A stretch of DNA of 64,000 nucleotides from Tubulanus polymorphus (lineage: Eukaryota; Animalia; Nemertea). How positions within the stretch are numbered: position 1 is the first letter of the stretch; each line of letters begins with the position of its first letter. The notes below the pieces were generated by a model, which did not search any database, had not been told where the DNA came from, and was given only the letters and a program-made list of their open reading frames with translations. The stretch covers positions 26,436,560 to 26,500,559 of the forward strand of contig NC_134027.1 in NCBI RefSeq assembly GCF_964204645.1. Direction: 5' to 3'. The translations under genes and the position numbers were made by a program. Below are positions 1-15,000 of this stretch, one piece after another.

Positions 1-2671
1 GCATCACGCGAGAAATACTTCTTAAGATATTGCGTGTAAGATAAAAGCGCCTTAAATTATCGACTCACAATAGACTTATTCATTAAATCCATTTTCAAAG
101 TATTTATTTGTGTTATCAAAAATACGTAAGTATTTCTGATGTATTCTTTGCGTATTTCTGGTGTTATTGTATCATGAAACAGAAGAATATTTTAGAAAAT
201 AACAATTTTCTGACAGTTTACATTATCTAACTCTTTACTGCTTGTCTGAAACTACTTCATACTTCTTACTCTTTAGGTGGAACTCGAAACCGTCAGAAAG
301 CACGTATCGTTGGATTGTTCATTATTCTCAACATTGATAATACATTTGTTTGTTCATCATTGTTCTGATATCATCCACCTCACCGCGGTTCCTTGCCAAT
401 AATTCGAAATGATCTCAATTTTGGAAATACACTTTACGTCAAACATATTTGCAGTATTCTGAAAGTTTTGTAGAATACATACAACGGATGTGACTAATCA
501 CTGCGTAGATGAATGACCCTTCTCTTCGGCTATACTTAGAACTTCTTGGTGGTGGTCAATAGTGATTGTCACATTTTCGCACATTTGGCTTCATCAACAG
601 CTCATTAACGACCAGTAATTAACACTATGTAAATGTTTACGCTGTGACCAATGGTTGTGAATCACAGGACAAGGTACTAAACGGCCACACTCTCCAGGCC
701 GCTGTTCGTTAATACGTTATCCTTATATTTAATGGGTTTCTTACCGAATTGTCTTATAACATTTGTACTAAAAGCATGCGTAGATTAAGACTTTCCTTTG
801 ACACATTTCCATTCATTCTACAAACCGCGTGTGTGTGAGTGAAATCTTATAGTACGGTTATGTATTATCAATAGCACGGCATCTGTCTTAGAAATTAGCT
901 TAAAATTCTCATCACCGGCGAGTGAGACAGTAAAAGACTTCAGTGTCGATATCAATCATGGCGGCGATAATAAAAACGGGTTCCGATTTTAGCATAATTA
1001 TCGAATTTATTTCCATAAAAGGGGAATATTTCTGCACCCGAGGGAGCTGAGATATTAATCGACGTACAAGAAGATAATGACTCTATTGTTTGATACGTTA
1101 AACGACTCCAAGTCGGAGTTCATCCGGCTTCCATACAACGACTCGCTTGCCGGAGCAGGTTCCGGTCGTTGCGTCACGCGGCTGACACGGTTTTGAATTT
1201 CAATAAATTCAGACCCGCGGTGGTTGTATGAAAATGGCGGCACAGAAATGTAAACAGTTATTTTACAGATTTCATTCCCGAGGATACGTTACTGACGCTT
1301 TCACGTTGTATGATAATGATTTGATGCCGCAGTAAGCAGCGATACACCTGCGCGTCACATCGATAAAACTGCTGAACAGAGACAAAATCTCAAAGAGATC
1401 AAGATCCTCCTATTTTTTAATCGATCTTTCCAGACAATAAACAGATGTGGCTGAGTGTCTGGTACATGAGGCAATCAGAGAACAAAGGACTCTATTACTA
1501 ATACATTTGATTCCTACTGCAATGTATGGCGGTACCACATCGCCGCATATATTGTCAGTAAAGATCGAACGGTTGGACTTTGACTTTGAAGTGATCGTGT
1601 ACATGACGTGCATGATGATTGAGTCTAATGATTTGATATAACTTCCACAAAGTGATCTATTTCAGATGTCATGGAACGGAGTGTATAATAGGGGCCGGGA
1701 GGTATCGCGCGATAACCAGATAACCAACACCTAATTGTGAGCCCACTTTATATGGGGCTTGAAATCAGCTACAGCCACAAGCTACCGATAAAGATTGCGC
1801 AGTAGCAGCCCTAACAAGGTTCGCCTGTTCCCGAATATGAAGTTTTGTATAGTTTTTGATCTTCAAATAGGAATTGTCCGTCTTATATTCATTCGATATC
1901 GATCTGGCGTGATTTGGTGTCCCCTAAGCCCAACGCACACGGCGAGGAAAAAACGGTTTTTTTCTTGCCGTGAGCGGCGGGCTTTACAAACCAGCAGCAC
2001 ACCTGCCGTTTGATTTCGATTCCGGAAATCGACGTACTTAATGTAATAGTCGGATGGATATATATATTATATATATTATATTTTTATCAGTCATGTTTCA
2101 CGAGCTTTTTAGCGTCTCAGCACCTCGTTTGTGGAATAATTTGCCAATATATCTGAAACCGACCATCATCAGTGCAGTCATTTAAGCTTGCTTTAAGAAC
2201 ATCAAGAATCTTATGATTAGTTACTGTTTTAAAGAAATACATATTTTGTAAAGAGCTTTGAGATTGCTTTAATGTAAAGCGCTTTTAGATAATGAATAAT
2301 TGTTATAAATTATTAGTATATACCGGGTATGTATAGTTTTATAATAAATCTTGATGTGGGATTTTAGGTTCCTAACGAAATAAAGATTTAAAGTAACACG
2401 CACCCTTTCACTGGAACCGACACGGAAACTAGCTGTGGGGATGGCTGTGAGGATGGCTGGGTGGGTAATATTGACTCATAGTGTCATGATTCGAGTCAGT
2501 GATTCGAAGTGCCCGGACTGTCGAATCATTGTCACGTTGGCATACATCTTCCCAAGAGTGATTACTGAATCGAAGAACTAGTTGCATGCGGCCAGCAGTG
2601 TGGTGAGTGATTCTGTTCGGAATCTTCAACAGTTGATTCTTGCTCTGTCTCTATCCGGGGTCTCTATTAGC

Positions 2672-2856
2672 CAGTGGCGTTGGAAGTAGCGGCTGCAGCG
2701 GCAAAGGCCGCGGCAACGATTTACTGAATGACTTTTTCTTTTCTTTGAAAAACCACGTTTTTTTAGAAATTAAGTAAATTCGCCGCGGCAATATTTAGAA
2801 CCTGTCCAAAATCGGTATTTGGTCGCAGCAATCAAAAATTGCTTCCAACGCGCCTG
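2672..2856. mobile_element. hAT-like MITE with a 5-bp TSD
   Basis: TTAGC|CAGTGGCGTTGGAAG...CTTCCAACGCGCCTG|TTAGC. Confidence 0.68.
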
Positions 2857-3864
2857 TTAGCAGACGATATATACCTACGTGTCGAACGTTATGATTTTTC
2901 AACCGACACAGAGAACCTCCGTGGAGCTATGAATAATAGATCGCTATCGAAATGTCAACAGGAGGTATTTGACATCTCAAACTTAATTTTTATCAGCGCT
3001 GGATACGGTGACTAAATCACTGTAGCGCGCACGCGCGACATGAAACACGACGTTCAAAAGTCTTCAATCATCACCACGGGCGTTTATTGAACTGCTGTGA
3101 TAGATATCACAGTACCACCAGCCATTCAAAGCTGGTTTCTTAGCTTTAATCATTTCTTCATCTTCATATTTTATTTGTATTCGTTTGTGTTATTAAGATC
3201 ATTCAGTACGAACTGAACGATCGATGATTGAATAATTTCACCTCGGGATCTACTCTGGTTTTTTATCCGCGTTCGAGCGGGTTACACCCAAAAGATGCTT
3301 ATTCACCTCAAGCTAAAAGTTATGTATTGTATAAGCTCGTGTCAGAACTAAAAATTAGCGAAACAAAATCCGTATTTCATTGTCATACTTTTCACGACAC
3401 ACGCGCGCCAACCGATAGCTGAAATGATTTTGAGAAATTACGGTGACTAAGTCTAAGAAAGGCCATCAGTTATCATCCGAGTGACGTCGTGTAGTGGATC
3501 TTGATGACACAACGTGTTGAATCAAGAATATTTTAGTGTTTTCGATGCGTTAAACCGAAGAAGCAACGATTTATTATGATGACATCGCTTGACGTTGAAA
3601 TATAGTGTGATCGTTAGACAAATATCTGATTCAGACACGAGCGGGATCATATTCCACACAGATTGACCATATATAATAATAATGATACCATATATTGTAT
3701 AATATGCTGCCATTGATCAGAAATCGTTCTGTGGTGTTTAATTCACCCTTTAATTACAATTACTTTATAACTGTCACAGAAGTCATCCGAGAGGGTTCGA
3801 ACCCTTTAATTATTAGCCCGAATTCTATCAATGAACTTAAAAGATGTTCCTGGAAATTACTCAC

Positions 3865-4563
3865 CTTCAAACTTTCTTCAACCTTTTCCGACAACTTCGC
3901 CAGTTGTTTTTTATAATCCTCGATCTTTTCCTGGAATCGAACCGCCTGGGCTTGGATCGCTCCGTGTAGATTGGTTATTTCGGAAAGGCAAGCTTGTTCT
4001 TTCTGTACGAATTTCGCAGAAACCTCGTACATTTCCGATCTCAAAGATTCGATCTCGATCTCCTGATTGGCGACGTGGGCCCGCAAAGCCTCCAGACAAT
4101 CGTGCTCGGTTTTGTTAAGGTACAAAACCAGACCGCAACCTTTCGGGCAAGTGCCCAAGATACGATTCGGGCACGTTTGGGCCGAATGGTTGACCAGATC
4201 TTTACGGCAAACATCTTTAGCGCAACCATTACATTTCATAGGTTTAAAACCACATTTTTCAGCGTGTAATGGTAAATTAGTAACGGTTACTACCTCCTTG
4301 CATCCCTTATCCGCGTATTTACATCGGACTTGCATGTTTAAAATGATATTTCGTAAGTCTAAGATATCCGTTAGATCATCGACGACAAGTTTCTGACATT
4401 TGTGAGGACATTCGTTACAATCGTAAATCCATTGTATGATACAAGCCGAACAGAACACATGACCGCAAACTGTTTGTAGAGGATTGTCAAAGACACCTTT
4501 ACACAAAACACATTTCTTCTGGTCTTCAACGTCGACTACAAACTGGTCAGGTTGTAATCCCAT
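3865..4563 (-). CDS. PDZRN3: First coding exon of a PDZRN3/PDZRN4 (LNX3/4)-like E3 ubiquitin ligase: RING finger, TRAF-type Zn finger, coiled coil; PDZ exons expected beyond the left edge
   Basis: The ORF MGLQPDQF..CVLC..NPLQTVCGHVFCSACI..HDCLEALRAH..AVRFQEKIEDY follows the recalled N-terminus of vertebrate PDZRN3/4 colinearly. A strong donor AAG|GTGAGT at 3865/3864 (phase 0) ends the exon just before where PDZ1 would begin. Confidence 0.85.
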
Positions 4564-5631
4564 AGTTCATCGTATCCGAGATGACAGAAAAATAATGCGA
4601 AAGTTAAACTCGCTGAAAGTTATAGCGACTCAGTTACTGCAACTACTACTTCGAGCGATCAGCTGCCAGCTAACTGACTAGCTCTCGCGTATCAGACAAA
4701 CTCGGTCTCAATCACTGCAAGTGGTATATATGCATATATCATGTATCTATATAGTTAAATTCATCGCCCCTTAATTGAAGGTTTGATTATTCGCATCTCA
4801 AGTTGAAGAGCGGAGATGAGACGAAGCTCAGGCTCAGACAGAGTGAGAGAGTGAGAGTGAGTGAACTATCGAGTGTGCGTCGCTCGACGGAAGCTAGACG
4901 AGTGGGGAGCGCACGCAGTGATGAACCTCCTATAAGCTCTAGTCACCAATCATCCCCAACATACAACCACCAACTCCTACTATTAGTAAGAACATCTTCC
5001 AAGGTTCAGGCATCAGGTCCTGGAAATATCTCAAAATAAGCATTTGAGATTGATAAGTCCAATCCATCTTCGATTCCCAGAATGTAGCACATATACATAT
5101 ATTATCTATTATAACTCACATATAGATTGTAGATAAACTTCTGTCATCTTCATATGCCATCATCGTCCACGCGGGCGATGAAAACGACATTTACCGATCT
5201 GAACATTTCAGAAACACTCGTCGACATTTTCGTTTCGGCTATAATTAACCCATTTCTCATACAAATACCAGATCTATAATTTCGCTTTTCGAATGATATT
5301 AATTAATCACATATACATGAAGACATCGATATACGACGAGAAGCCGATAGTCCGAGCACCCGAAAGTCTTGTATCTTCTTTTCCCGATGAAACAAAGGCA
5401 GTGAATGAGGTAAAGCCGTAGATGTTCTGTGCTAAACCATCAGGAAACAATGAAATTATCACTGACAGTGATTTATGAACTCGATTTGCAACTGATACAG
5501 CGCTAGTTCACAACACGCTCTAGCGCGACATCTCCTATCCTTCAGTGTTCCGATCCGAGACGGGTCATCGAACAAGGAAACTCAGGTCAGAGACGGCTTT
5601 AATACACAATAGGGGACATTGTGAAATATAT

Positions 5632-6044
5632 GTACAGTGGAACAACAAACTTCACGGTGACCGGAATGGCCAATATGTTCGTTATAACCGATAGTTCGTT
5701 AAATTCAGTTTGAAAATAATTAAATTGTCTTACTAGGGACAAAGAAAAGAAATAGTTATATCCGATGAATCGTTGTATCCGAGTTCGTTGTAACTCGGCC
5801 ACCTTCGGTTATCGGAGTTAGTCGACTATAGTTGAACTAAATGAAACCGAATGTCAGTTAGTCGGAACTATTGTCCGGAAATGGTCGACCACGCAATTGA
5901 GCACGGTCGCTACAGTTCGGACCTAGGTTCAAGATGGCCGACACTGTGAAATACGTTACGACCGAACTATAGTGTGTTCGGTTATTAGTTCCGACTACTA
6001 GTCAACTAGCAACGAAAACCGAAGTTGGCCGAGGTTGCACTGTA
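5632..6044. mobile_element. Foldback MITE with TACAGTG...CACTGTA ends
   Basis: Internal inverted repeat AACTCGGCCACCTTCGGTT (about 5793) / AACCGAAGTTGGCCGAGGTT (about 6017). Confidence 0.55.
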
Positions 6045-6495
6045 ATATCAAAAGAACGTGTCCGACGTGCGTCCTTGAGCTACACCCGGTAGTTTATTTC
6101 AACGTTTCGACTATCCTTAAATATCGGGACGGACTAGAGCGTTTTATCAATACCATCATGAAATATCAGTGCATACATTTAGTTCGTTTGAATCCCCAAA
6201 TAGAGTAATAAAAGTTATAAATAAATCATGACTTCTGTTTGACAAAGCATAATACTGTCGATTGTTTGTTGTCATGTTACTGTCATAAAAACTACATTAC
6301 ATTATTAATCCACTGGTGGGAAATATGAAACAATCATCATAAAAATACTTCCGAATGAATGAAGGTGTTTTACACTTATTAGTCCACAACTCACAACCTA
6401 CTTATTCGTTCAGTGCGTCACCTAGTTCATGGACCAGTAATCCTAAACAAGACATCACTTAAACTAATTCGCATATTGGCTCAGTTTCTTAAATA

Positions 6496-6715
6496 CAGTC
6501 AACATCGATACACCGCCCATATCGGTGCAGAACGATTTTGGCGGTATAGAGTATGGCGGTATATCGGGGGTGTTTTACTATGTACTTGTATAGAGTCGTA
6601 CATTGAGAAATCTGGTGGTAGGCAGGGTGGTGGTATGTGAGATGTACATTGAGAAAACCTGGTTGTAGGCGGTGGCGGCGGTATATGGGGGGGGGCGGCA
6701 TATCGGGGTTGACTG
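6496..6715. mobile_element. Tc1/mariner-pogo-type MITE
   Basis: TA|CAGTCAACATCGATA...TATCGGGGTTGACTG|TA; a remnant at about 28692-28714. Confidence 0.75.
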
Positions 6716-7894
6716 TATATATCGCATCTTAACTAGTTTTGATGAAAGGCTGGATTTTCCGTTTTTTGATTTGTGCTCGAATGAATAAGGGATCTGGTTT
6801 ATATCCGAAGATGTAGCTGTTCAGTAAGGTTTCGCTCAACGGTAGCCGATATTTCCATCAATATTGGATCAATGTTCCTTCTTCCTCGTGTGACATGTTT
6901 CACACGAACAGGTCAGAAAACTTCGCACAAAACAATCGTAATTCATTATAAAGTTTTTATTTTGCTTGTTTACAAAATATATAGAAATATGCCGGATTTT
7001 TTTTAATTGTGTGTATAATGATTCATTTCCTATTCGTAAAATCATGGAATGTATTTATTTATAATATAAACTGTACAAGTAGTAAGTTATAAATAGAGAG
7101 ATTTATATATAATACAGTCGTAACAATTCTACACAAATCAATCAAATAAAATGTGACAAAACATTCACTCATTTATTCATTCATATGTAAAATAAACCCA
7201 CACGAATGGGGGACATTGACCAAACGGTAAAGTTTTGAGAATTGGTCAGTTCTAACTCGACGGATTTCTAGTGCAGGCTCGGTTTTTGTTTGGAATGTTA
7301 ACCAACGTACTGGCGAGTTTGAAATCTAAATTCGGACAGAGAATCTGAGTTTGGACAGGGTTTGTAGCAGTCAGCACTTTTTTAAAGTCATATAAATAAA
7401 GCAATAAAATTTGTCAGTAGAAATTTTCCCCGTGATTAGATCGGGTCCAAAAAGTAAAATACATTTTATAAGTTCCAGTAAGCACTAATCAGGTACTATT
7501 ATAGATTGTTCCGAAAGTAAGTACTTTTCAGAATTCATCCGACTCACTACAAACCCTGTTGGATGGAATTATATAATAAATAAATATATATAATATAATC
7601 AAGGAATGTTTGGACAGAGATAGAAAATGGACAATCGAATAAATTATACCCTAATTCTACGACGCTATTGGAGGGAATTAAAAAGCGTATAAAAACATAT
7701 GATACGAGGTATGAGTTAAAAAATCAATCGTTCGAAATAATTTATACATGATCACAATCAATTTCATTAATAATTCATTAAATTATTCGAATCATTTTTC
7801 AATATAAAATCTTATCTATTTACACGATGATGAAAGCAGTAGCTCCTAAAACTACAGTAGACTAAACGAGTCAAGGTTGGACGATTAATATCTG

Positions 7895-8070
7895 ACTGGA
7901 TACAGAGTTAACCAGATACCAAGTTGGCTGGACACATTATTGACCGGATAGAGAATTGGCCAGATACAGAGTTGGCTGGACACGTAGTCGGTCAAATACT
8001 GAGTTGACTGGATACCGAGTTAACCAGATACATAGTTGGCTGGACACATGGTTGCCCAGATACCGAGTTG
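7895..8070. repeat. Degenerate tandem repeat of about 20 bp in the contactin 3' region
   Basis: GATAC(A/C)GAGTT(GGCTG/AACCA) units. Confidence 0.6.
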
Positions 8071-8588
8071 TAGATCTAGGTCCAATTGCTCGAAGGTTGG
8101 TTGAAATGAACCAGTAGATAGCTAACATAGTGACAATAAAACATACATAATTATGATGGCATGCCACAGATTGTTTACTATAACCCAATCTTTGAGCTAC
8201 TGGCACCAGCAGAATTGAGTCTTTTCCTCAAAAGTGTTAGTAAAATTCGGTTTTGTGAAAGAGCAGTTTACTGTAGCTTAACTTGAAGCGTTATCATAAA
8301 ATATCAGTCAAAATAAACAGAAGCAGCTTAAAACTGATAAAATAATAATAATAATAATAATACGAATATAAGATGATTCCTAAGTTACCGAAATATTCAT
8401 TTTATAAATAAAGTTATATAATACATGATTACATCCAATAAGTAAAACATAATTCACTGCAGAAAAAATCGGTTGCTGTTTTTTTGACCAAATGATAAAA
8501 GACAATCCATCGATGACGCAACTTTAATTTCGTTCTAAAAACATTTTACGATTAAAACTTCGATAGTCTGCTCGGACGTATAACGCGT

Positions 8589-8968
8589 TTATTTCAACAA
8601 TACGAAAACAGCGGCGATCATCGCCGCGACGACTCCCAACAATGGACGAATAGAATTAGCACCGGACGAACCTTGAACCCAGAAATAATATTCACCTGAA
8701 ACGAGATATTCATAATTAGCGGAAAAAAGGACGATCATTGAATATGAAATGCGCGTTGAAGGGTGTTTAAAACGTACCGATTTCGAACTGTACGATCGGT
8801 GAACTCATCGTTCCGTCCCCGCCTAAACTAAATCCTAAAACTCTCAGATAATAACGAGTGTCTTTCGCTAATCCGGAAACGACGGCGTTGTTGATCAATC
8901 CGACCGAACTATCGGTCGCTTTCTCCATACTCTCTCCAGCCGTCCAATAACGAATCTATACGAAGCGA

Positions 8969-9056
<88 letters not shown>

Positions 9057-12000
9057 GCGCAAAAGTTGGGTTAAGATTACCAGTGGATAGATACCATAGT
9101 AACAATAAACTTTTACCGGTAATTGTCACTATGTCAACTATCCACTGGTTAACTGTAACAAACTTTTGAGCAACTGGCCCCAGTTTAATTTAGCCAACTT
9201 TTGAACAACTTACCCAGGGGATGATTGTTCAAAAGATGGTTAGAGTTAACCGGTGGATAGTTGACATAGCAACGATTAAACGTTCATTGTTACTATGGTA
9301 TCTATCCGCCCGTGGCTGCAGTTGCTCAAAGGTTGGTTAAAGATAACCGTCCATAGGACTCAATTGTCACTGTGTCAACTATCCACTGGTTAACTGTAAT
9401 CAACTTTTCAGCAACTGCTGCTCCTGCTCCAGAACTATAGATTAATAATCCCAATTATGATATATACCTTGTATCCTTGTAGCGGTTCCTGCGATTGATC
9501 AGTTGTTATTCCCATCCAGTCAACGTTCACCGAGTTATGAGACACACGTGTTACTATAACTCTAAACGGAGCCATCGCCGGTGCTGAAAATAATATCCAA
9601 GTATAAAACACTCAATGCTGAATCCAGGTGTACCTTAGTTAATTGTGTCTTAACTCAGTGCTGTAAATAATGAGAATCAGGGAACTCGGTAGCGTCGGGA
9701 CAGCCGTAAATATTTCACTGAGTTGAGAATCAGGGAACTCGGTAGTGTTGAGACTGCTGTGAATATTTCACTGAGTTGAGAATCAGGGAACTCGGTAGTG
9801 TTGGGACTGCTGTAAATATTTCACTGAGTTGAGAATCACGTAACTCGGTAGTGTTAGGACTGCTGTAAATATTTCACTGAGTTGAGAATCAGGGAACTCG
9901 GTAGCGTGTTGGGACTGCTGTAAATATTGACAATCAGGGAACTCGGCAGTGTTGGGACTGCTGTAAATATTGACAATCAGGGAACTCGGCAGTGTTGGGA
10001 CAGCCGTAAATATTTCACCCAATTGAGAATCAGGGAACTCAGTAGTGCTGAAACTGCTGTAAATATTTCACTTGAGTTGAACGGTAGTTTAGTGAGTTGA
10101 CCGGTAATACGTCTATAGAATTAGGAAGGTAAGAAACTCATTGCTACGATGATCAGTTTTGCGTGAACGCTAGTTTCATATTATATTCTACTCACCTAAT
10201 CTCCACGTAGTCTCTTCATGAACGTTACTCAACGGACCATTTCCGGCACCGTTAAAAACCTGCACGCTAATCTTATAATACGTATCAGCATCGAGACCAA
10301 TAATCAATCCGGAATCAACGTTACCGAGGATCGTTTGACGTTTCGAATAAATCGCCGACTCTGTGTCTCGTTTCCAGTAATTTATCTATAAACGAAATAT
10401 CGCAATTATTTACGTCAACGAAAATGTAAGGAACGGATTTTCATTCTTATACAGTCAAATTCTGTGAGCAATCATTGAAAAAAATCGTCTCAATTTGTAT
10501 TTGCAATTCAATTTACTCAGTGTCATTTGTTTGCATATAAAGGGTTCTTACAGTTCAGGATATCCAAAATTATCTGATATTTCCCTGACCCTTGACCAAA
10601 GATTCCCTGATTAAATTATAAGATATCCACAGTAGGCGTTGTTTCCTCTGGGTACATACAGTTCAGGATATCCATAATTCCCTGATATTTCCCTGACCCT
10701 TGACCAAATATTCCCCGATTAAATCATAAGATCTCCTCAGTGGAGGCAGCCTCTTACGAAGAATCAACAGAAAAGAATCCGATTCCCCTGGTTCACCCGG
10801 TAGGGAGAAATAAATCTGGAAATCACTGATTTGTAAAAACACATGGGATGAATTAGAACTACAATGACTTAAGTGACTTGTCAGATCTTGCAGTAGCAGC
10901 TGCAGCAGTAACTGGATAAAACACTTACCCTGAATCCTTGAAGAACACCTTTCATCATTTCTCTCGTATTCTGTACATCGCTCCACGTGACCTCGATAGC
11001 CGATTCATTAAACGGACGGCCGCGTACGTTGTTAGGAGTTGCTTGTGGCACTGTGCGCGTGTGAAATAAAAATCAAAATTTAATTTAGACACGAAAATCA
11101 ATAATACTTTCTTTTCATAAATATATTTATGGAAAGTCACGCAAATGTCTGACAGGGTGACGCCACTTTCCAACAATTTACAAATTCCCTTGGATTTTGC
11201 TGATTTTTCCATGTCATAACACAAAATTCCGCGAGTAAATCTGACAAATTTCTAGGTTTAAAATTTATTCATTTTTCTTCATGAATCACGTATTGATAAA
11301 GAAACACACAGTCAAATTAGCATTATCCAAATTCCTAGAGTTTTCCCTGATTTTTTCTAGGTTTTTTTTCAGATTCCCGGAGCCTTTCAGGTGAGCGGCG
11401 GCCACTCTGTTCGAACGATTTGTACGAAGCCAAACAGGTTGAAGAACTCGCAATCAAAAACTGCGTTCACCAAAAATAACTTACTTCCTTCGGCGGAATA
11501 AACAACTACTCTATTCGATTCCGGGCCTTTTCCGATTGAGTTAACTGCTTGCACGTAGACATTGTACGGTCGGTAGTAGTTATCAGGCTCGCGTAGGAGG
11601 ATATATATCTCATTCTGGGTACCTTTTACTAATTTCTGAAACGAGCAAAAACGATCATTTAACCGTGACGATCTTAGGAAGAAACGTGATAATAAAACAA
11701 CGCGTCTGTCGTTACCTTCTGGAATGTGATCGTAGACGTTTTTGGATTTTGATAAAAAACTATGTAATTTAAGTCAGGACCGTTTTGTTCTGCTTTGGTC
11801 AGTGGCTGAAATCAGACAATAAAACCTTTATACAAATCTTCATATTTAAAAAGATGATATCAATAGGGAGCTGACAAGGCTACTGTGCCAATCGGGGTTT
11901 CTACTAGCTAGTGAAGATCCACCAGGGGTCACTACCCATTTACTTGTTGAAGCAAGTTGATTTTGACTGGGGCTATTCGAGACCGATAGTATTCCAGTAT

Positions 12001-15000
12001 CATAATTCAGATTCATTGATTCACTCCGTTTATCGATGTTACGGATCATAATGTCTTTAGAGGCAGCTGTATCATAGTCCATCACAAAAAAACGTTTTCA
12101 GAAAAACCTGATCGATAGCAAAATTTTTGGCCCAGCCATAGCTGCCCCAGTTCCGCTGGCTTTGGTCTTCTACATACGATTTCTCTTATATTTCAATCGA
12201 AATCAAATGGACTTTTCTCTTAAATGAATTGACCATAAATGAAATTATACCAATTACCGGTATATTTTCGTGGGGTCCTATGATGATAATGTACTGATTC
12301 GGGAGCCTAAGAATTCTGTTAAAATTCGATCGATAATGAACTCATTTCGACAACGTATGACCGAATGCCTGTCACGCCATCAGGTGGAATAACAATCACG
12401 ATCTATCGTTTCGTTAAACTCACCTCCCATTTAATATGGAGCAATCCTACTTTTCCGCCGCCACCTCCGACTTGTCGCGGAGCGATATACGGCTTAGCCG
12501 GACTCGTTTTATACGCGGCTATAGACAAACAAAACAGAACCGGTTAACAATCATATCATTCAAATATCGAAAAAACATCATCGTTTATTGAACGAGGTTG
12601 TGAACTTACTGCTCGTATCGCTGGGTTTGCCGATGCCGTACGAGTTTATAGCTCTCAGTCGGAAATTATACAAACTGTTTGGAATTAGATTCGTTACCAC
12701 CGTACGACGATCGATTAGTTCTTGACCAACGATATCTACAAAAATAAAGACAGAAAATACACTCGGGGGTCCTTATTGATCTGGGAATCGAGAGTTTCCT
12801 GTTTGAATGATAAGATATCCTCAGTGAGGGCTGTTTCTTATAAAGAATTTCCTTGTGCCACTCGTCATCAGCAAGAACAACAAGACACCAAAAATTCAAA
12901 TTCCCTGATTGAATAATTAGATATCCTCAGTGAGGGCTGTTTCTTATAAAGAAGTTCCTTGTGCCACTCGTCATCAGCAAGAACAACAAGACACCAAAAA
13001 TTCAAATTCCCTGATTGAATAATTAGATATCCTCAGTGAGGGCTGTTTCTTATAAAGAAGTTCCTTGTGCCACTCGTCACCAGCAAGAACAACAAGACAC
13101 CAAAAATTCAAATTCCCTGATTGAATTATAAGATATCCTCAGTGAGGGCGTTTTCTTATCAAGAGGTTCCTTGTGCCACTCGTCACCAGCAAGAACAACA
13201 AGACAACAATCAAATCGCCTGATATTTTCACTTACTTGATTTATAAACAGTCCATCTGTCCATGTATTCAGATTTGCCTTCAACGATATACGCTGAAATC
13301 GGAGCTCCATTATCCGGTCCATGGATCCATGTTAGTTCAACAGACGAAGGTCCTTTAATAACACCCTGTATATTTACGGGTTCACCAGGTGCACCTACAA
13401 AACAAAATACGTTCATTCTCCCGAGTAAAACTAGTGCCAGGAACAACATATAGAGGGTGCCTACAGATCAATTATTCCTGGTAATAAGGAGTTTAAAGGG
13501 ACAAAATATCAAGGAAGCATTTTCACATCTTCATTACAGTCAAAGGTTTTTAGGAATTTGTCAGCGTAATTTCCTAGAGTTTTCAATGAATAATAGAATG
13601 AATGCTGACCAGATTAGCTGATACCTCTAGTTGAAGTAGTTTTCCCCAAAAATGATAGTAATTGTAATTCAAAATATGTTAAGATATATTGAGAATGAAC
13701 TGGAAATCATTCTTATTTTGAGTATATTCAGATATAATTGTGAGTAATTGAGCTTTTGAAAAGAATAGAAATTACTTTAAAACAGATGTAGTAGTCATAG
13801 TGAGGTATGTGAATGAATTCACCGCTGCTCACATCCTCGCTTGCCAGGGGTCCTGTATCGCTCCAGAACTCGCTTCCACCAGCCCCCTGGCCTCACGACT
13901 TGTGATTTCATTGACGTCAAAATACTTCCTTGTTCGGTAAAATGTTCGCTGATTGGTCCATTTAACGGGAATTCCAACAGAAGTCTAATGTTGTTTGTTA
14001 CAAGCGCTGTGATTGGTACGACCGGATTCTGGTCGGCTAGTAACGACTCGAACGACTCGTAAGGTCAAGAGGTTCAGGGAACAGTGCTTTAGCATAGTTG
14101 GTTCGGGTGAAGATGCGCTGCTCACAGAATTCGAATGATTATAAACTTACCGACGACAGTTATCAAAGCTTCAGCGTACGCCTCGTCTTCGGTCGTCTTC
14201 ACAACACAGCGATAAACACCTTCTTGATTCCTCTGTATTTTATCGATGATCAGATAACCCCATTTCATACCTTCACCCTGAAATTAGTTCAACCAACCAC
14301 TGGTTCACTTAACCCTTTCAGTGCTGGCTAATTAATACCCTATAGCGCTGAAGATAATTTGAAAATTTTGAATAATTCCACCCTAGTGTGTTGAATAACG
14401 GGAATACCACTATAGTGCGTCTACACCGCGGCGCGGTGTATCATTAGTTACTAATATTTCACTATGTTTGACAGGTGCTGCCATCTTTCAAGAGAGATAT
14501 TTAGTAATTACTCATTAAATCAATACACCGCAGTTGGGTGTACTCGCAAAATCCATCACTGATTCGTACACCGCACTGCGGTGTAGACGCACTGAAAGGG
14601 TTAAACCAACTTTATAGCAAATTAGCTCAAGCGAACATTTCAGACTCTATTTCTCTTTCTTATTGTAGTAGGATTTAATATTTTCACTATTGAATCGAAT
14701 CGATGATCATAATTTACGAACCCTGTTTAGATTTTTAACACGCGTTTTGTAATCGTCCAATTCAAGTTCGTAGTTATTAAACATCCAGATATATGTGTAA
14801 TCCAACAACGGATGAACTTGAGCCTCGCACGGTAGAATTATAGTTTCATTCACGGCTACGGTCAATTTTCTCGGTCCTCTTCCGACTGATGTGCGAGCTA
14901 TTATGTAACAGACAATAATTTGCGTTAAGATATCAGTACAACATGGATCTCGTTCTAATGTAGCTATCCGCTACCAGATGGAAGCACTGAACACTTGTTA

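Noticed and set aside
950-1250. YY1-like ATGGCGGC motifs as an internal PDZRN promoter
   Set aside because: Motifs alone are insufficient, and no convincing coding first exon with a donor was found.
2429-2635. ORF ending HPHSHPHS as a possible second exon of the RING gene
   Set aside because: It could be in phase from a weak acceptor, but there is no pyrimidine tract, a MITE sits immediately upstream, and it shows no PDZ similarity.
3831-4396. Plus-strand ORFs over the RING exon, and similar antisense ORFs over other genes
   Set aside because: Shadow ORFs of real coding sequence with no recognisable domains.
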